NCBI GenBank assembly: GCA_965277805.1 | Contig: OZ255842.1 | Location: 3,744,001 to 3,808,000 of the forward strand | Reading direction: 5' to 3' | Source of the DNA: Candidatus Lustribacter sp. | GTDB lineage: Bacteria > Vulcanimicrobiota > Vulcanimicrobiia > Vulcanimicrobiales > Vulcanimicrobiaceae | DNA: 64,000 bases | Shown here: positions 1 through 9,517 of the stretch, in pieces | Numbering within the stretch: position 1 is the first letter of the stretch | Layout of the letters: each line of letters opens with the position of its first letter | Made by a program: the position numbers and the translations under genes | The notes under the pieces: generated by a model | The model's database searches: none | Seen by the model: the letters and a program-made list of their open reading frames with translations, nothing else | What the model was told of the DNA's origin: nothing

Positions 1-6
1 GACCCA

Positions 7-97
7 TGTCATCCCGAGCTTGTCGAGGGACCAACCGTACTTAAGCCCGATCGCCACCGATGATCACGCGCGGTCCCTCGACAAGCTCGGGATGACA
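7..97. repeat. Inverted pair of REP-like elements (REPIN-like doublet)
   Basis: TGTCATCCCGAGCTTGTCGAGGGACC at 7-32 and its exact reverse complement at 72-97, 39-nt spacer. Confidence 0.9.
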
Positions 98-116
98 CAT
101 AGACGTGAGGCGACGT

Positions 117-152
117 CGCCTTGAGAAGCCGAGCGCGTAGGCGCGAGGTGTT
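117..152. repeat. 36-nt REP-associated element, copy 1
   Basis: 33/36 identical to 11056-11091; both lie between a REP and the 3' end of a minus-strand gene. Confidence 0.8.
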
Positions 153-180
153 TACTCCTTCTCCTCCGTCTACTTCTTCG

Positions 181-1110
181 CTACGAGCCAACCAGTAATT
201 GCGAGGCGGGGAAGCTGTTCTTGAGGCCGCCGTATTTGGCGGAGGCGTCGATGAGGGGTTGCATTTCGGGGGTTGTCAGGCGCTCGGCGAAGACGACGCG
301 CGATGCATTGGCTCCGACCGGGATGCCGGTTGAAGCTTCGAGGATTTTGGCCGACTCGGTTTGGTTGTGGTTCGCCCACTGCGCGGCCATCACCATCGCT
401 TGCGCGTACGCTTTGACGACGTCGGGGTGCGCTTTAGCATAAGCTTGCGTGGTGAACCAGGTCCCGAGCACCCATTGTTTGCCGATCGAATCGAACGGCG
501 TTGCGAGAATCTTGACTTTCTTGGCCGCCAGTGCGGCGCCTAGTTCGGGCTCGGCCATCATGGCCGCATCGATGCGGCCGGTCACGATCGCTTCGGCCGT
601 GGCCGAGAACGGAATCTCGACAATGTGGGTTGAGGTCCAGTTACCGCCGTTCGTGTCCATCCACTTATTGAAGCCGACTTCCTGAACGTTCTTGAGGCCG
701 CCGACGGCGATCGTTTTGCCGTTGAGGTCCTTGGCGCTGCGCAACGTCGAGTTCGTGGCGACAACGAGTTCGCTCTGATGCGTGCGCGAATCGTAGGTGT
801 TCGCGCCGGCGATCGCAACGAACGGCAAGCCGCGCAGAAATGCGGCGCACAGCGAACTGAGATTGGCTTGCCCGATGTCGGCGGTTCCGCCGGCCACCGC
901 GGCGGCGACCGATGCGCCTTCGTTGATCGGCATGATCTGTACCGTCAAGCCGACTTTTTTGAAGAAGCCCTTCTCCTGCGCGTAGTAGACTTGCGAGGCC
1001 GCATCGATCGGCGGCATCGCCACGCGTACCGTCGGCATCGCGGACTGCGCCCGTGCCGCCGAAGCGGCGCCCAGGGCGAGCATACCGCCCGCGAATATGG
1101 CTCGTTTCAT
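181..1110 (-). CDS. ABC transporter substrate-binding protein, NitT/TauT (SsuA/THI5-like) family
   Basis: Signal peptide MKRAIFAGG..ARAQ; YYAQEKGFFKKVGL, DLNGKTIAV, GRIDAA motifs; ATG overlaps the upstream cupin stop. Confidence 0.85.
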   Translation of the reverse strand: MKRAIFAGGMLALGAASAARAQSAMPTVRVAMPPIDAASQVYYAQEKGFFKKVGLTVQIMPINEGASVAAAVAGGTADIGQANLSSLCAAFLRGLPFVAIAGANTYDSRTHQSELVVATNSTLRSAKDLNGKTIAVGGLKNVQEVGFNKWMDTNGGNWTSTHIVEIPFSATAEAIVTGRIDAAMMAEPELGAALAAKKVKILATPFDSIGKQWVLGTWFTTQAYAKAHPDVVKAYAQAMVMAAQWANHNQTESAKILEASTGIPVGANASRVVFAERLTTPEMQPLIDASAKYGGLKNSFPASQLLVGS

Positions 1111-1619
1111 CCTTGGAACTCCGGTGAATCTTGCATTTGCGTCATTTCGTGCGCCAGGTGTTCGGAGATCGGCGTATTGATGAACGCGATCCACGTCGAC
1201 GGCTTCTCCGTATCGAGGTTGAAGTGTTGATGTTCGACGCCTTCGGGGCGCAGGGGCAGCAGCATCAGGTCGCCGGCTTCCCATTCCCAGCGCTCGCCGT
1301 CGACCATCGAGTAGCCGCGGCCCTCGATCACGTAGATCACGAGACCGCCCTGATGTTTGTGCTTGCCCGACGTCGTGCGCAGTTCGTGCGAAAACACGAG
1401 CCACTGCTGCAGCGGCGTGTCCTTGTGAATCTGATGGTTGAGGTAGTACCGGATGCGGCCCTGGCGCGAAAGCTCGACTTCGCGGTCGTCCTTGTGAATG
1501 ACAACCGGACCCATGGCGTTGCGTTCGACGCGCTCGCGATAGAAATCGAGCATCTTGTCGTAGGTGCGTTCTTGACCGGGTTCGCGCTCGCGCGTGCGGG
1601 TGCGTTCGTTATCGGTCAT
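1107..1619 (-). CDS. Cupin domain protein with intact His ligands (gentisate 1,2-dioxygenase-like half)
   Basis: SGKHKHQGG..YVIEGRGYS..WEAGDL..EHQHFN cupin motifs. Confidence 0.8.
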   Translation of the reverse strand: MTDNERTRTREREPGQERTYDKMLDFYRERVERNAMGPVVIHKDDREVELSRQGRIRYYLNHQIHKDTPLQQWLVFSHELRTTSGKHKHQGGLVIYVIEGRGYSMVDGERWEWEAGDLMLLPLRPEGVEHQHFNLDTEKPSTWIAFINTPISEHLAHEMTQMQDSPEFQG

Positions 1620-2134
1620 GCCGGCCGCCGTTGGAATTCGGGTGCGTCTTCGAGTTGCTCGAAGCCCGAGCCGCGATCGACGCTCGTGCACGCGTAGAGA
1701 TTCGGTTCGACCGCGAGGAAACGCGCCGGCGCCTCAGGGTCTTCGTTGAAGTGCTGCACGACGATGCCGCCGCGCCGAAGCGGCAGGTTGATGACGGCAC
1801 CCGCTTCCCACGGATGCTTCACTCCGTCGAGCAGCGTATAGCCGCGGCCCTCGATCACGTAGATCACTTGACCGCCTTGAAACTTTACCCGGCCCGTGCG
1901 GCTGCCGGGCGGTATCTCTTGCTCGAAGCAGAGATACGTCGAGAGCACCGTGTCTTTGATCTCGGGGTGCATGTACCAGCGCATGAACCCTTGGCGGTTG
2001 GCTTCAAGCGGCAGGTCGCGCCGCTTGAGCACTTGCATGCCGTCCTTGCGCTCGGCGCGCTGCCGGTCGCGCAAGGCGAGCAGTTCGCCCCAGAAGTTCT
2101 TCTCGGCTAAACGCTCGGTACGGTTGTCGCTCAC
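1616..2134 (-). CDS. Cupin domain protein lacking the metal-binding His residues (paralog of 1107-1619)
   Basis: TGRVKFQGG..YVIEGRGYT..WEAGA..VVQHFN; GTG start overlaps the FAH stop. Confidence 0.8.
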   Translation of the reverse strand: MSDNRTERLAEKNFWGELLALRDRQRAERKDGMQVLKRRDLPLEANRQGFMRWYMHPEIKDTVLSTYLCFEQEIPPGSRTGRVKFQGGQVIYVIEGRGYTLLDGVKHPWEAGAVINLPLRRGGIVVQHFNEDPEAPARFLAVEPNLYACTSVDRGSGFEQLEDAPEFQRRPA

Positions 2135-3006
2135 TACGTACGCGCAGCGGCGGCGACGCGCGAGGTGACGGGCAACTTCATCTTGCCGACGCGCGCGATC
2201 TCGATCTCGACCGTGTCGCCGGGAACGAGCGGGCCGACGCCGGCCATCGTGCCGCTGGCGATGATATCGCCCGGTTCGAGCCGCGTCACATCGGAGCAGG
2301 TCTGAATCTGTTCGCGGATGCCGACGATCATTTGGTTCGCAACCGCATGCTGACGCAGCTCGCCGTTGACCCACAGCTTCATGTCGATGTCATCGGGCGC
2401 GCCGACCTCATCGGCCGTCGTGATCCACGGACCGACGGGGCAGAACGTATCGAACGACTTGCGCATGACGCGTTCGCCCGCGCCGCGCATCGTGATGTCC
2501 ATCAGACACGCGTAGCCGAAGACGTGATCGAGCGCCTTGTCGACCGGAATGTCGTTGCCACCGGTGCCGATGATCGTCGCCATCTCGCACTCGTGATGGA
2601 ACGTGCGGCCCGGGCGATCGGGAATGACGATCGCGTCGGCCGGTCCGATCAGCGAGGCGTTGGACTTCATGAAGAAGCCCGCTTCGTCGGCCGGCAGGCT
2701 GTTGGCAACGCCGAAACCGTTCGTCTTCATCTCCGCTGCGTGATCTCTGAAGTTCGACGGCATAGCGAGCAATTTGTGCGGCCACGGGATCGGCGTTTCC
2801 AATCGCACGCCGCTGAGCGGCTCCGCCTTCGCGGTCTTGAGCGCGGCTTCGATCTTCGGACGCAGCGTCGCGAAGTTCTTGATCACCCGGTTCATGCCGA
2901 CCGGCGGCCATTCACCCGGGTCGACGCCGCAGATTGCGGTGACGTCGACGATTTGGTCACCGGTAACGATACCGATTTTGCCACCATTAAAGCGTGCGAT
3001 TTTCAT
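2134..3006 (-). CDS. Fumarylacetoacetate hydrolase family protein
   Basis: FFMKSNASL, HHECE, GYACLMDIT, RKSFDTFCPVGP, PGDIIASGT motifs. Confidence 0.9.
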   Translation of the reverse strand: MKIARFNGGKIGIVTGDQIVDVTAICGVDPGEWPPVGMNRVIKNFATLRPKIEAALKTAKAEPLSGVRLETPIPWPHKLLAMPSNFRDHAAEMKTNGFGVANSLPADEAGFFMKSNASLIGPADAIVIPDRPGRTFHHECEMATIIGTGGNDIPVDKALDHVFGYACLMDITMRGAGERVMRKSFDTFCPVGPWITTADEVGAPDDIDMKLWVNGELRQHAVANQMIVGIREQIQTCSDVTRLEPGDIIASGTMAGVGPLVPGDTVEIEIARVGKMKLPVTSRVAAAART

Positions 3007-5264
3007 GCAACGATCCTTTGTTGGATGGAACGCCAGACCTTTTCCGTGGTCACCGGCATTTCCAGGTCTTTGACGCCGTACGGCTTGAGCGCGTCGAGCA
3101 GCGCGTTGACGATCACGGCCGGCGACGGGGTGACGCCCGCTTCGCCGCCGCCTTTGATCCCGAGCGGGTTGCCGGACGTGCGGTCCTCGGTCAGCTCCAG
3201 ATCGTAGGCCGGCACCTGAAAGGCGCGCGGCGCGGCGTACGACATGAAGCTCACCACCGGCTGGCCGCTGTCCGGATCGTAGGCGAGATGCTCGAAGAGC
3301 GCCTGGCCGATCCCTTGTGCGATGCCGCCGTGCGTTTGTCCGTCAACGATCATCGGGTTGATCACGCGCCCGGCGTCGTCGACCGATGTGTACCGCACGA
3401 TCTCGATCGCACCCGTGCGCGGATCGACCTCGAGTTCGCACACCGCGCTCCCGGTCGGAAATGCCGGAATGCGGCGCGCGATATCGGCCGTCGCGGTGAA
3501 CGTCTCCTCACGCTCGGCGAGGAGTTCGGCCGCAGCGATCACGTTGGACACGCCGAGCTCGCGCGCGCGTGCGTTCAGCGTCTCGCAAATCTCGACCAGC
3601 AGCGTACCGACCAGCCGCATCGAGCGGTTGGAGTGCGAACCGCCGCCCGACTCGATGAAATCGGTGTCGCCGGTGCGCAGCACGACGTTGCGATATGGTA
3701 CGTCGAGCAGATCCGCGACCACCTGCGCAAACGTCGTCTCGTGTCCCTGTCCGTTGGATTGGGTGCCGGAAACGATCACGACGGTGCCGTCGCGCTCGAC
3801 GGTGACGCTCACGCGCTCGCGCGGCGCGCCGACCGGCGTCTCCAGATAATTCGCGACCGAGATGCCGCGCAGCAAACCTTTGCTCTCACTCGCGGAGCGG
3901 CGGGCCGGAAACCCCGCCCAGTCGGCGCGCGCGATCACGCGCTGCATGTTGCCGGCGAAATCGCCGCAATCGTAGATCAGGCCGAGCGGGCTGTGGTAGG
4001 GAAACATTTCGCGCTTGATGAGATTGCGCTCGCGCAACGCGACGCGATCGAGCTTCAGTTTTTCCGCGGCCATATCGAGCAGCCGTTCAAACGCATAGAC
4101 GATCTCGGGGCGCCCGGCGCCGCGATATGGTGCCGTCGGCGTCGTGTTCGTCAGCACGGCCCGCACGCGCACGTGCCCGTGCGGAACGTGATACGGACCG
4201 GTCGCAACGCGAACGACGTTCTGCAGCGAGGCGAACGAGACGGTGTAGGCGCCGACGTTGCCGAGGTCGTCGTAGCGCATCGCCTGGATCAACCCGTCGC
4301 GCGAGAGCGCCATCGTCGCGCGCACCACGATGTCGCGGCCGTGGTAGTCGGTGGTAAAGCCTTCGGACCGGTCGGCGACCCAACGCACGATTTGGCCGAG
4401 CCGGCGCGCGGCCCATGCGCACAGGATCGGTTCGACGTGGATATTGTTGCGTGCGCCGAAACCGCCGCCGACGTCGGGCGTTACGTAGCGCACTTTTGCG
4501 AGCGGTACGCCGAGCGCGCCGGCCGCCGCGGCGCGATGCCGCACGACGCCCTGTCCGCCGGCCGTGATTTCGTAGATGCCGTTGGCGGCATCGTAGCGCG
4601 CGAAGGCCGCCCGCGGTTCCATGTGCGCGGCGATGACGCGCTGGTTCACGAACTCGTGCGAGATCACGAGATCCGCGCCCGCTATTGCGGCTTCGGTTCC
4701 CTCGGCATCGCCGTAGTCGAGGTCGAATGCCACGTTGCCGGGCGCTTCGCCGAAGAGCTGTGGTGCGCCGGGCAAAATCGCATCGCGCGATTGCGTGACC
4801 GAACCGAGGTGCTCGTACTCGATGTCGACGAGCTCGAGCGCATCGCGCGCGGCGGCGGCCGTCGTGCCGACGACCATCACGACCGCTTCGCCCACGTAGC
4901 GCACGACGCCGGTTGCGAGCGGCGGCTGCAGCGGTTCGATCACCGGATGGCCGGGGCGCGGCTCGAATGCGACGTGGCTAATGTCGACCGCGTCGGCGGG
5001 GTTCGGGAGATGCTTGATCGGGCCGTGTCCGTCGGCGGCATAATCGTCGGCGGTCAGCACTGCGAGCACGCCCGGCGCTTTTGCCGCCTCGCTCACGTCG
5101 ACCGACACGATGCGCGCGTGCGCGTGGATCGAGCGCAGGAAGCACGCGTGCAACGCGTTGCGCGGCGCGATGTCGTCGGTGTAGCGGCCTTGTCCCGTGA
5201 TGAGGCGTTGGTCCTCGCGGCGCGGGATCGACTGGCCCATCATTTTCGTCAGCGTCGTCGTCAT
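3003..5264 (-). CDS. Xanthine dehydrogenase family molybdopterin-binding large subunit (form II CoxL-like)
   Basis: RREDQRLITGQGRYTDD N-terminus, VGGGFG, PYRGAGRPE, GQGHETT, GIKGGGE. Confidence 0.9.
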   Translation of the reverse strand: MTTTLTKMMGQSIPRREDQRLITGQGRYTDDIAPRNALHACFLRSIHAHARIVSVDVSEAAKAPGVLAVLTADDYAADGHGPIKHLPNPADAVDISHVAFEPRPGHPVIEPLQPPLATGVVRYVGEAVVMVVGTTAAAARDALELVDIEYEHLGSVTQSRDAILPGAPQLFGEAPGNVAFDLDYGDAEGTEAAIAGADLVISHEFVNQRVIAAHMEPRAAFARYDAANGIYEITAGGQGVVRHRAAAAGALGVPLAKVRYVTPDVGGGFGARNNIHVEPILCAWAARRLGQIVRWVADRSEGFTTDYHGRDIVVRATMALSRDGLIQAMRYDDLGNVGAYTVSFASLQNVVRVATGPYHVPHGHVRVRAVLTNTTPTAPYRGAGRPEIVYAFERLLDMAAEKLKLDRVALRERNLIKREMFPYHSPLGLIYDCGDFAGNMQRVIARADWAGFPARRSASESKGLLRGISVANYLETPVGAPRERVSVTVERDGTVVIVSGTQSNGQGHETTFAQVVADLLDVPYRNVVLRTGDTDFIESGGGSHSNRSMRLVGTLLVEICETLNARARELGVSNVIAAAELLAEREETFTATADIARRIPAFPTGSAVCELEVDPRTGAIEIVRYTSVDDAGRVINPMIVDGQTHGGIAQGIGQALFEHLAYDPDSGQPVVSFMSYAAPRAFQVPAYDLELTEDRTSGNPLGIKGGGEAGVTPSPAVIVNALLDALKPYGVKDLEMPVTTEKVWRSIQQRIVA

Positions 5265-5277
5265 GCGATTGTGGCGC

Positions 5278-5319
5278 TCCCTCGACTACGCGCCTTGCGG
5301 CGCTGCGCTCGGGATGACA
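5278..5319. repeat. Long-loop variant of the REP-like element
   Basis: TCCCTCGAC-TACGCGCCTTGCGGCGCTGC-GCTCGGGATGACA; near-identical to 40699-40748. Confidence 0.8.
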
Positions 5320-6255
5320 CTAGACCGTTGAGATGAGCTGCGTTGCGGGGAAGGCGGCTTTTAGGACGCCGTATTTGGCGGCGACGTCGATGCACGGTTG
5401 AATCATCGAAGGATCCATACGCTCACCGTAGAGGATGCGGTTGGCATTACCGACCGCCACCTTGGTGTACTTCTCGAGAATCGCGGCGGATTGCTTCGTG
5501 TTGGCCGGTTTGTTTGCCCATTCCGCCGACTGCTTCATCACCGCGGCAAACTTCCGCGCCGTGTCGAGGTTCGCACTGATCCAATCGGTCTTGGCGAACC
5601 AGCCGCCGATCATGAACTGTTTGCCGATCGCATCGAAGGCTTTGCCGAACGGGCGGGTGCGGCCGGCAGCTAGCGCGGTCGTTGCATCGGGGTCGGCAAG
5701 CAGTGCCATGTCGATGCGGCCGCTGACCAGCGCCGGCTCCATTTCGACGAACGGCATTTCGACGAACTTGATCGCGTTCGAATCGCCGCCGTTCTGATCG
5801 GCCCAGGCTTGCACGGAGATCTGCGTGATGCTCTTGAGGCCGTTCACCGCCACGGTCTTGCCGCTGAGATCCTTGGCCGTCTTCAGCGGTGAGTTCTTGT
5901 CCACGATCATCATCGAGGTTGGTTTGAGCGTGGTGTACATGCCGGCCGCCGCGATCAGCGCGAATGGCAACCCGCGCTCGTGTGCGGCGGCCAGTGAGAT
6001 CAGGTTCGACTGACCGATCTGAACCGAGCCGCCCGCGACCGCTGCGGCCACCTGCGTGCCGAAGTTCGTGATCGATACGGTCGCATCGAGTCCGGCGCTT
6101 TTGAAAAACCCGAGGTCCTGCGCGTAGAAAGCTTGCGCGCCTTGATCGATCGGCAGCGTCATCACGGTGAGCGCCGTATCCGCTCGCACGAGTTGCGGCG
6201 CAAGTGCGAGCGCGGCCGTCGCGCCGGTCGCGGTGAGAAAGCGCGCGCGATCCAT
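5320..6255 (-). CDS. ABC transporter substrate-binding protein, NitT/TauT family
   Basis: Clear paralog of 181-1110 (FYAQDLGFF, DLSGKTVAV, GRIDMA); Tat-like N-terminus MDRARFL. Confidence 0.85.
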   Translation of the reverse strand: MDRARFLTATGATAALALAPQLVRADTALTVMTLPIDQGAQAFYAQDLGFFKSAGLDATVSITNFGTQVAAAVAGGSVQIGQSNLISLAAAHERGLPFALIAAAGMYTTLKPTSMMIVDKNSPLKTAKDLSGKTVAVNGLKSITQISVQAWADQNGGDSNAIKFVEMPFVEMEPALVSGRIDMALLADPDATTALAAGRTRPFGKAFDAIGKQFMIGGWFAKTDWISANLDTARKFAAVMKQSAEWANKPANTKQSAAILEKYTKVAVGNANRILYGERMDPSMIQPCIDVAAKYGVLKAAFPATQLISTV

Positions 6256-6256
6256 C

Positions 6257-7819
6257 CTAAGCGTTTGCCTTCTTGTCGACCAGTTTGTAGCGGCCCTCAG
6301 CGGCCTCACGGCCGAGCACGCCTTCGTTGCGCAGTTCGTCGAGCATCACGACGACTTCGCGGCCGTCGGCGGTGCCGAGCGCGGCCATCAGTTGTTCGAA
6401 GTACTTCGGCCCGTCGGCGAGCGCGTCGCGCACCGAGGCGAAACGCGGACCAACGAACGACGGCGGATTCGGTAAACTGAACTCGAGACCGCTCTTGCCG
6501 CCGAACGGCAGCGTGAGGTCGAAGCCGCACTTCGAGCCGACCTTCTGATCGGCCGGCAGCGAGGGATCGAGCGGCGAGACGCGATAGCCGCTCTCGACGT
6601 AGACGTCGTGATCGGGCTGCAGGCGCGTCGCGATCGCCCATTCCATCTGCTCGTCGGAGAAGATGTCGATGTCGGGGTCGACGACGAACACGTTCTTCAC
6701 GTTGCCCATGCAGGCGAACACCGCCGACATCGCGTTGCGCGCTTCACCGGCGTTGCGCTGACGGATCGCGCAGCGCACGTTGTAGACGCCGCCGGTCGCC
6801 GGGGGTGCGTACACCGCGACGGGTTCGCGAATCGCGTTCTGCAGCGCGCGCCACACCAGCGCTTCGGTGCGCAGCGTCGTGAGCTGCGCGGTATCGGTGC
6901 GGCTGAGCGTTTTGCCGCTGATGCTCAGCGTTTGGAAGAGGGCGTCTTTGCGATGCGTGATCGCGGTGATGTGGAACACCGGATTCGTCTTCACGCCGCC
7001 GTAGTAGCCGAGGAACTCACCGAACGGGCCTTCGGATTCGATGTAGCCTTCGTCGCCGAGATAGCCTTCGATCACGTACTCGGCATCGGCCGGCACGCGG
7101 ATGTCGTTGGTCACGCTCTTGACGGTTGGCAGCGGCGCGTCGCGCAGCGACGACATCAAGCCGATTTCATCGCCCGGGATGCGCATCGTGGCAGCGAAGT
7201 AGTCGATCGGATGACTGCCGACGACGATGCTGAGCGGCAGCCGTTCGCCGCGCTCGACCGACGCCTTGTAGATGTTGCGCAGATCGCTGACGGCGACGAG
7301 ATCGATGCCGGTCTCGTGTTTGCCGCGCAGCATCAAACGGCGCAGGCCGACGTTGCTGAGGCCGGTTGCGGCATCCATCGAGATGTCGAGCGCCGCGGAG
7401 ATATACGGGCCGCCGTCGAGGCCGTGATGCACGTGCACCGGCAGCTTCGTCACGTCGGCATCGGCGCCGGTCAGGATCACTTCATGCACCGGCGCTTGCG
7501 CGCTCGTCAGCTCGATGAATTCGGGCTTGCGATTGAGCCGGCGCATGATTTCGGTCAGCAGGCCTGCGGCCGGCACGCCGAACGCGCGCGCCATGCGTTC
7601 CCGGCTGCCGAGCGCGTTGCCGACCAGCGATTGATGATCGGGGCCGACGTTCGTGAAGAGCACCGCGCGCGGGTTGCCTTCGAGAATCGCCGCCACCGCG
7701 GCGAGCGACAGCGGCTCGTCATGCCGTTCGAGCTGCTCTGCGTCGAGGTTTTCGACGAAATTCTTCAGCCGAAACTTCTCGGTATCGACGCCCGCCGGCA
7801 CACGCTCTGCACTGATCAT
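6257..7819 (-). CDS. UbiD family (prFMN-dependent) decarboxylase
   Basis: DGGPYIS, EGPFGEFLGYY, VVDPDIDI..EWAIATR, LDPS motifs. Confidence 0.9.
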   Translation of the reverse strand: MISAERVPAGVDTEKFRLKNFVENLDAEQLERHDEPLSLAAVAAILEGNPRAVLFTNVGPDHQSLVGNALGSRERMARAFGVPAAGLLTEIMRRLNRKPEFIELTSAQAPVHEVILTGADADVTKLPVHVHHGLDGGPYISAALDISMDAATGLSNVGLRRLMLRGKHETGIDLVAVSDLRNIYKASVERGERLPLSIVVGSHPIDYFAATMRIPGDEIGLMSSLRDAPLPTVKSVTNDIRVPADAEYVIEGYLGDEGYIESEGPFGEFLGYYGGVKTNPVFHITAITHRKDALFQTLSISGKTLSRTDTAQLTTLRTEALVWRALQNAIREPVAVYAPPATGGVYNVRCAIRQRNAGEARNAMSAVFACMGNVKNVFVVDPDIDIFSDEQMEWAIATRLQPDHDVYVESGYRVSPLDPSLPADQKVGSKCGFDLTLPFGGKSGLEFSLPNPPSFVGPRFASVRDALADGPKYFEQLMAALGTADGREVVVMLDELRNEGVLGREAAEGRYKLVDKKANA

Positions 7820-7822
7820 GAC

Positions 7823-9481
7823 CTAACCTCCCGCAACGAGTTCTCCAGGTATCTTCCACGCATAGGGCGCGGCACCGCGCACGCAATCGGCCAGCAGACC
7901 CGGCTCCGGCATCGATGCGCCGCGCCAGGCCACATGTCCGTCCGGACGCACTAAGACGAGCGGCGCCGCGTACAACGTCACCGCGGCCGGTTCGCCCGAC
8001 AGATCGACCACCTTGACCGGGACCTTGCGCTCGCGCAGCGCGGCCGCGACCGGCTCGGGCTGCGCCTCGGCCGTGAACTGTAAGAGCACGAAGCCGTCGC
8101 CGAAGAGATCGAGCGTCGACCGCCCGTCGGAGAGGTACACGTGCGGCGCGCGGGCCCCGGCGCGCGACTCTTGCACGTACCTAGCGACTTCGAGCGGCGG
8201 AGCAACCGTGCCGTCGGGCCAGTTGATCGGCGATTCGTCGTACCGGTAGCCGAGATGGATGCCCAGCGTGTACCACTCGTGGCTCATCGCCTTGGCGTAC
8301 CGCGGCCCGAGTTCGGCCCGCGTGGCCTCGCCTTCGGGCGTAGCGTCGCACAGCGCCGGATTCTTGCCGGGCGAGAGCATGCGGGCGAGGTTCGCGCTCG
8401 ACTCGCGGCCGTTGCGCACGGCGACCGGCCGCCGTTCGGGCGTGTAGGATTCGAGTAGCCCCGCGCCGCCCCAGCCGCGCAGCGTTGCATCGAGTTTCCA
8501 GCTGAGGTCGACCGCATCGCCGATCCCGGTGTTCATGCCGAAGCCGCCGGTCGGCGACATCACGTGCGCCGCATCGCCGGCGATGAAGACGCGGCCTTGC
8601 TGATAGGTTTGCGCGACGAGTTCGCGCCGCGTCCACGACGTAACGGAGAGGATCTCGAAGTCGAAATCGATGCCGACCGCGCGGCGGATTTCGTTCGCGA
8701 TTTCTTCGCGCGTAAAACCGTCGGGCGGCGAGTTCGTGATCGACATGCGCCAGCGGTCCCAGCCGTTGATCGCGACGATCGTCGACCACATGCCTTCGGG
8801 GCTCAGGATGATGAAGCGGTACGCTTCGCCCTTGTCATGCAGCGAAAGCAATTGCGGCGCGCGGAAAATGATGTTCGTCGTTTGCGAGAGGACCGGCGTG
8901 CCTTCCATGCCGCCCGCGATTTGCTTCGCGATGCGGCTGCCCGCGCCGTCGCAGCCGACCAGGTACTGCGCTTCGAGGTCGAACGTTTTTTCCGTTGTCA
9001 GATCGGTGACGTGCGCTATGACGCCGGCGTCGTTTTGTTCGAAGCCGGTGAGCTGGTGGCGATAGCGTAGGTCGACGTGCGGAAACGAACGGGCCCATGC
9101 GGTCAGGATCGGGTCGAACATGTCTTGCGGACAGCGTTCGCGCTTCTGCGGGCTCTGTTCGGGCGGTTTGCTTTCGCGCATCGACGGAAAACGTTCGCGG
9201 CTGAGCTCGTAGCCCGTGAGGCTCGTGACGTAGACGTTGTCTTGCGCCAGATCGCGGTTGTACGCGCTCGCTTCGACGTTCGGCACGATGCCCCAGCGCC
9301 GGCAGAACTCCATCGTGCGCACGCCCACCATGTCCATGCGCGGCTGTTCGATCGTTCCGTCGCTGCGCTCGAGCACGGTGACCGCCTGACCGCGCGTGGC
9401 CAAATCGCCGGCAAGCGCGAGGCCGACAGGGCCGGCACCGACGATGAGGATCGGAGCGGAAACGGAGCTATTCGCGGACAC
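7823..9481 (-). CDS. FAD-dependent monooxygenase (PheA/TfdB/MhpA-like)
   Basis: GAGPVG, GCDG, GDAAH..PTGGFGMNTG, GARAPH, LVRPDGHVAW. Confidence 0.9.
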   Translation of the reverse strand: MSANSSVSAPILIVGAGPVGLALAGDLATRGQAVTVLERSDGTIEQPRMDMVGVRTMEFCRRWGIVPNVEASAYNRDLAQDNVYVTSLTGYELSRERFPSMRESKPPEQSPQKRERCPQDMFDPILTAWARSFPHVDLRYRHQLTGFEQNDAGVIAHVTDLTTEKTFDLEAQYLVGCDGAGSRIAKQIAGGMEGTPVLSQTTNIIFRAPQLLSLHDKGEAYRFIILSPEGMWSTIVAINGWDRWRMSITNSPPDGFTREEIANEIRRAVGIDFDFEILSVTSWTRRELVAQTYQQGRVFIAGDAAHVMSPTGGFGMNTGIGDAVDLSWKLDATLRGWGGAGLLESYTPERRPVAVRNGRESSANLARMLSPGKNPALCDATPEGEATRAELGPRYAKAMSHEWYTLGIHLGYRYDESPINWPDGTVAPPLEVARYVQESRAGARAPHVYLSDGRSTLDLFGDGFVLLQFTAEAQPEPVAAALRERKVPVKVVDLSGEPAAVTLYAAPLVLVRPDGHVAWRGASMPEPGLLADCVRGAAPYAWKIPGELVAGG

Positions 9482-9502
9482 GCAGACCCCTTAGGAAAAA
9501 AA

Positions 9503-9511
9503 TGTTATGGT
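9503..9511 (+). promoter_or_regulatory. Extended -10 promoter (TGtTATGGT), probably leaderless, in a 36-bp divergent intergenic region
   Basis: TG-n-TATGGT, 6 nt, then GTG at 9518; no Shine-Dalgarno. Confidence 0.55.
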
Positions 9512-9517
9512 AGTATA

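Noticed and set aside
3003-5264. Bona fide (form I) CO dehydrogenase
   Set aside because: The active-site loop is PYRGAGR, not AYxCSFR, and no coxMS or accessory genes are adjacent.
2994-5336. 780-aa plus-strand ORF, and similar long shadows at 12679-14451, 41824-43647 and 50583-52613
   Set aside because: Antisense or alternate-frame shadows of clearly recognisable genes, expected at this GC content; Arg/Ala-rich with no motifs.
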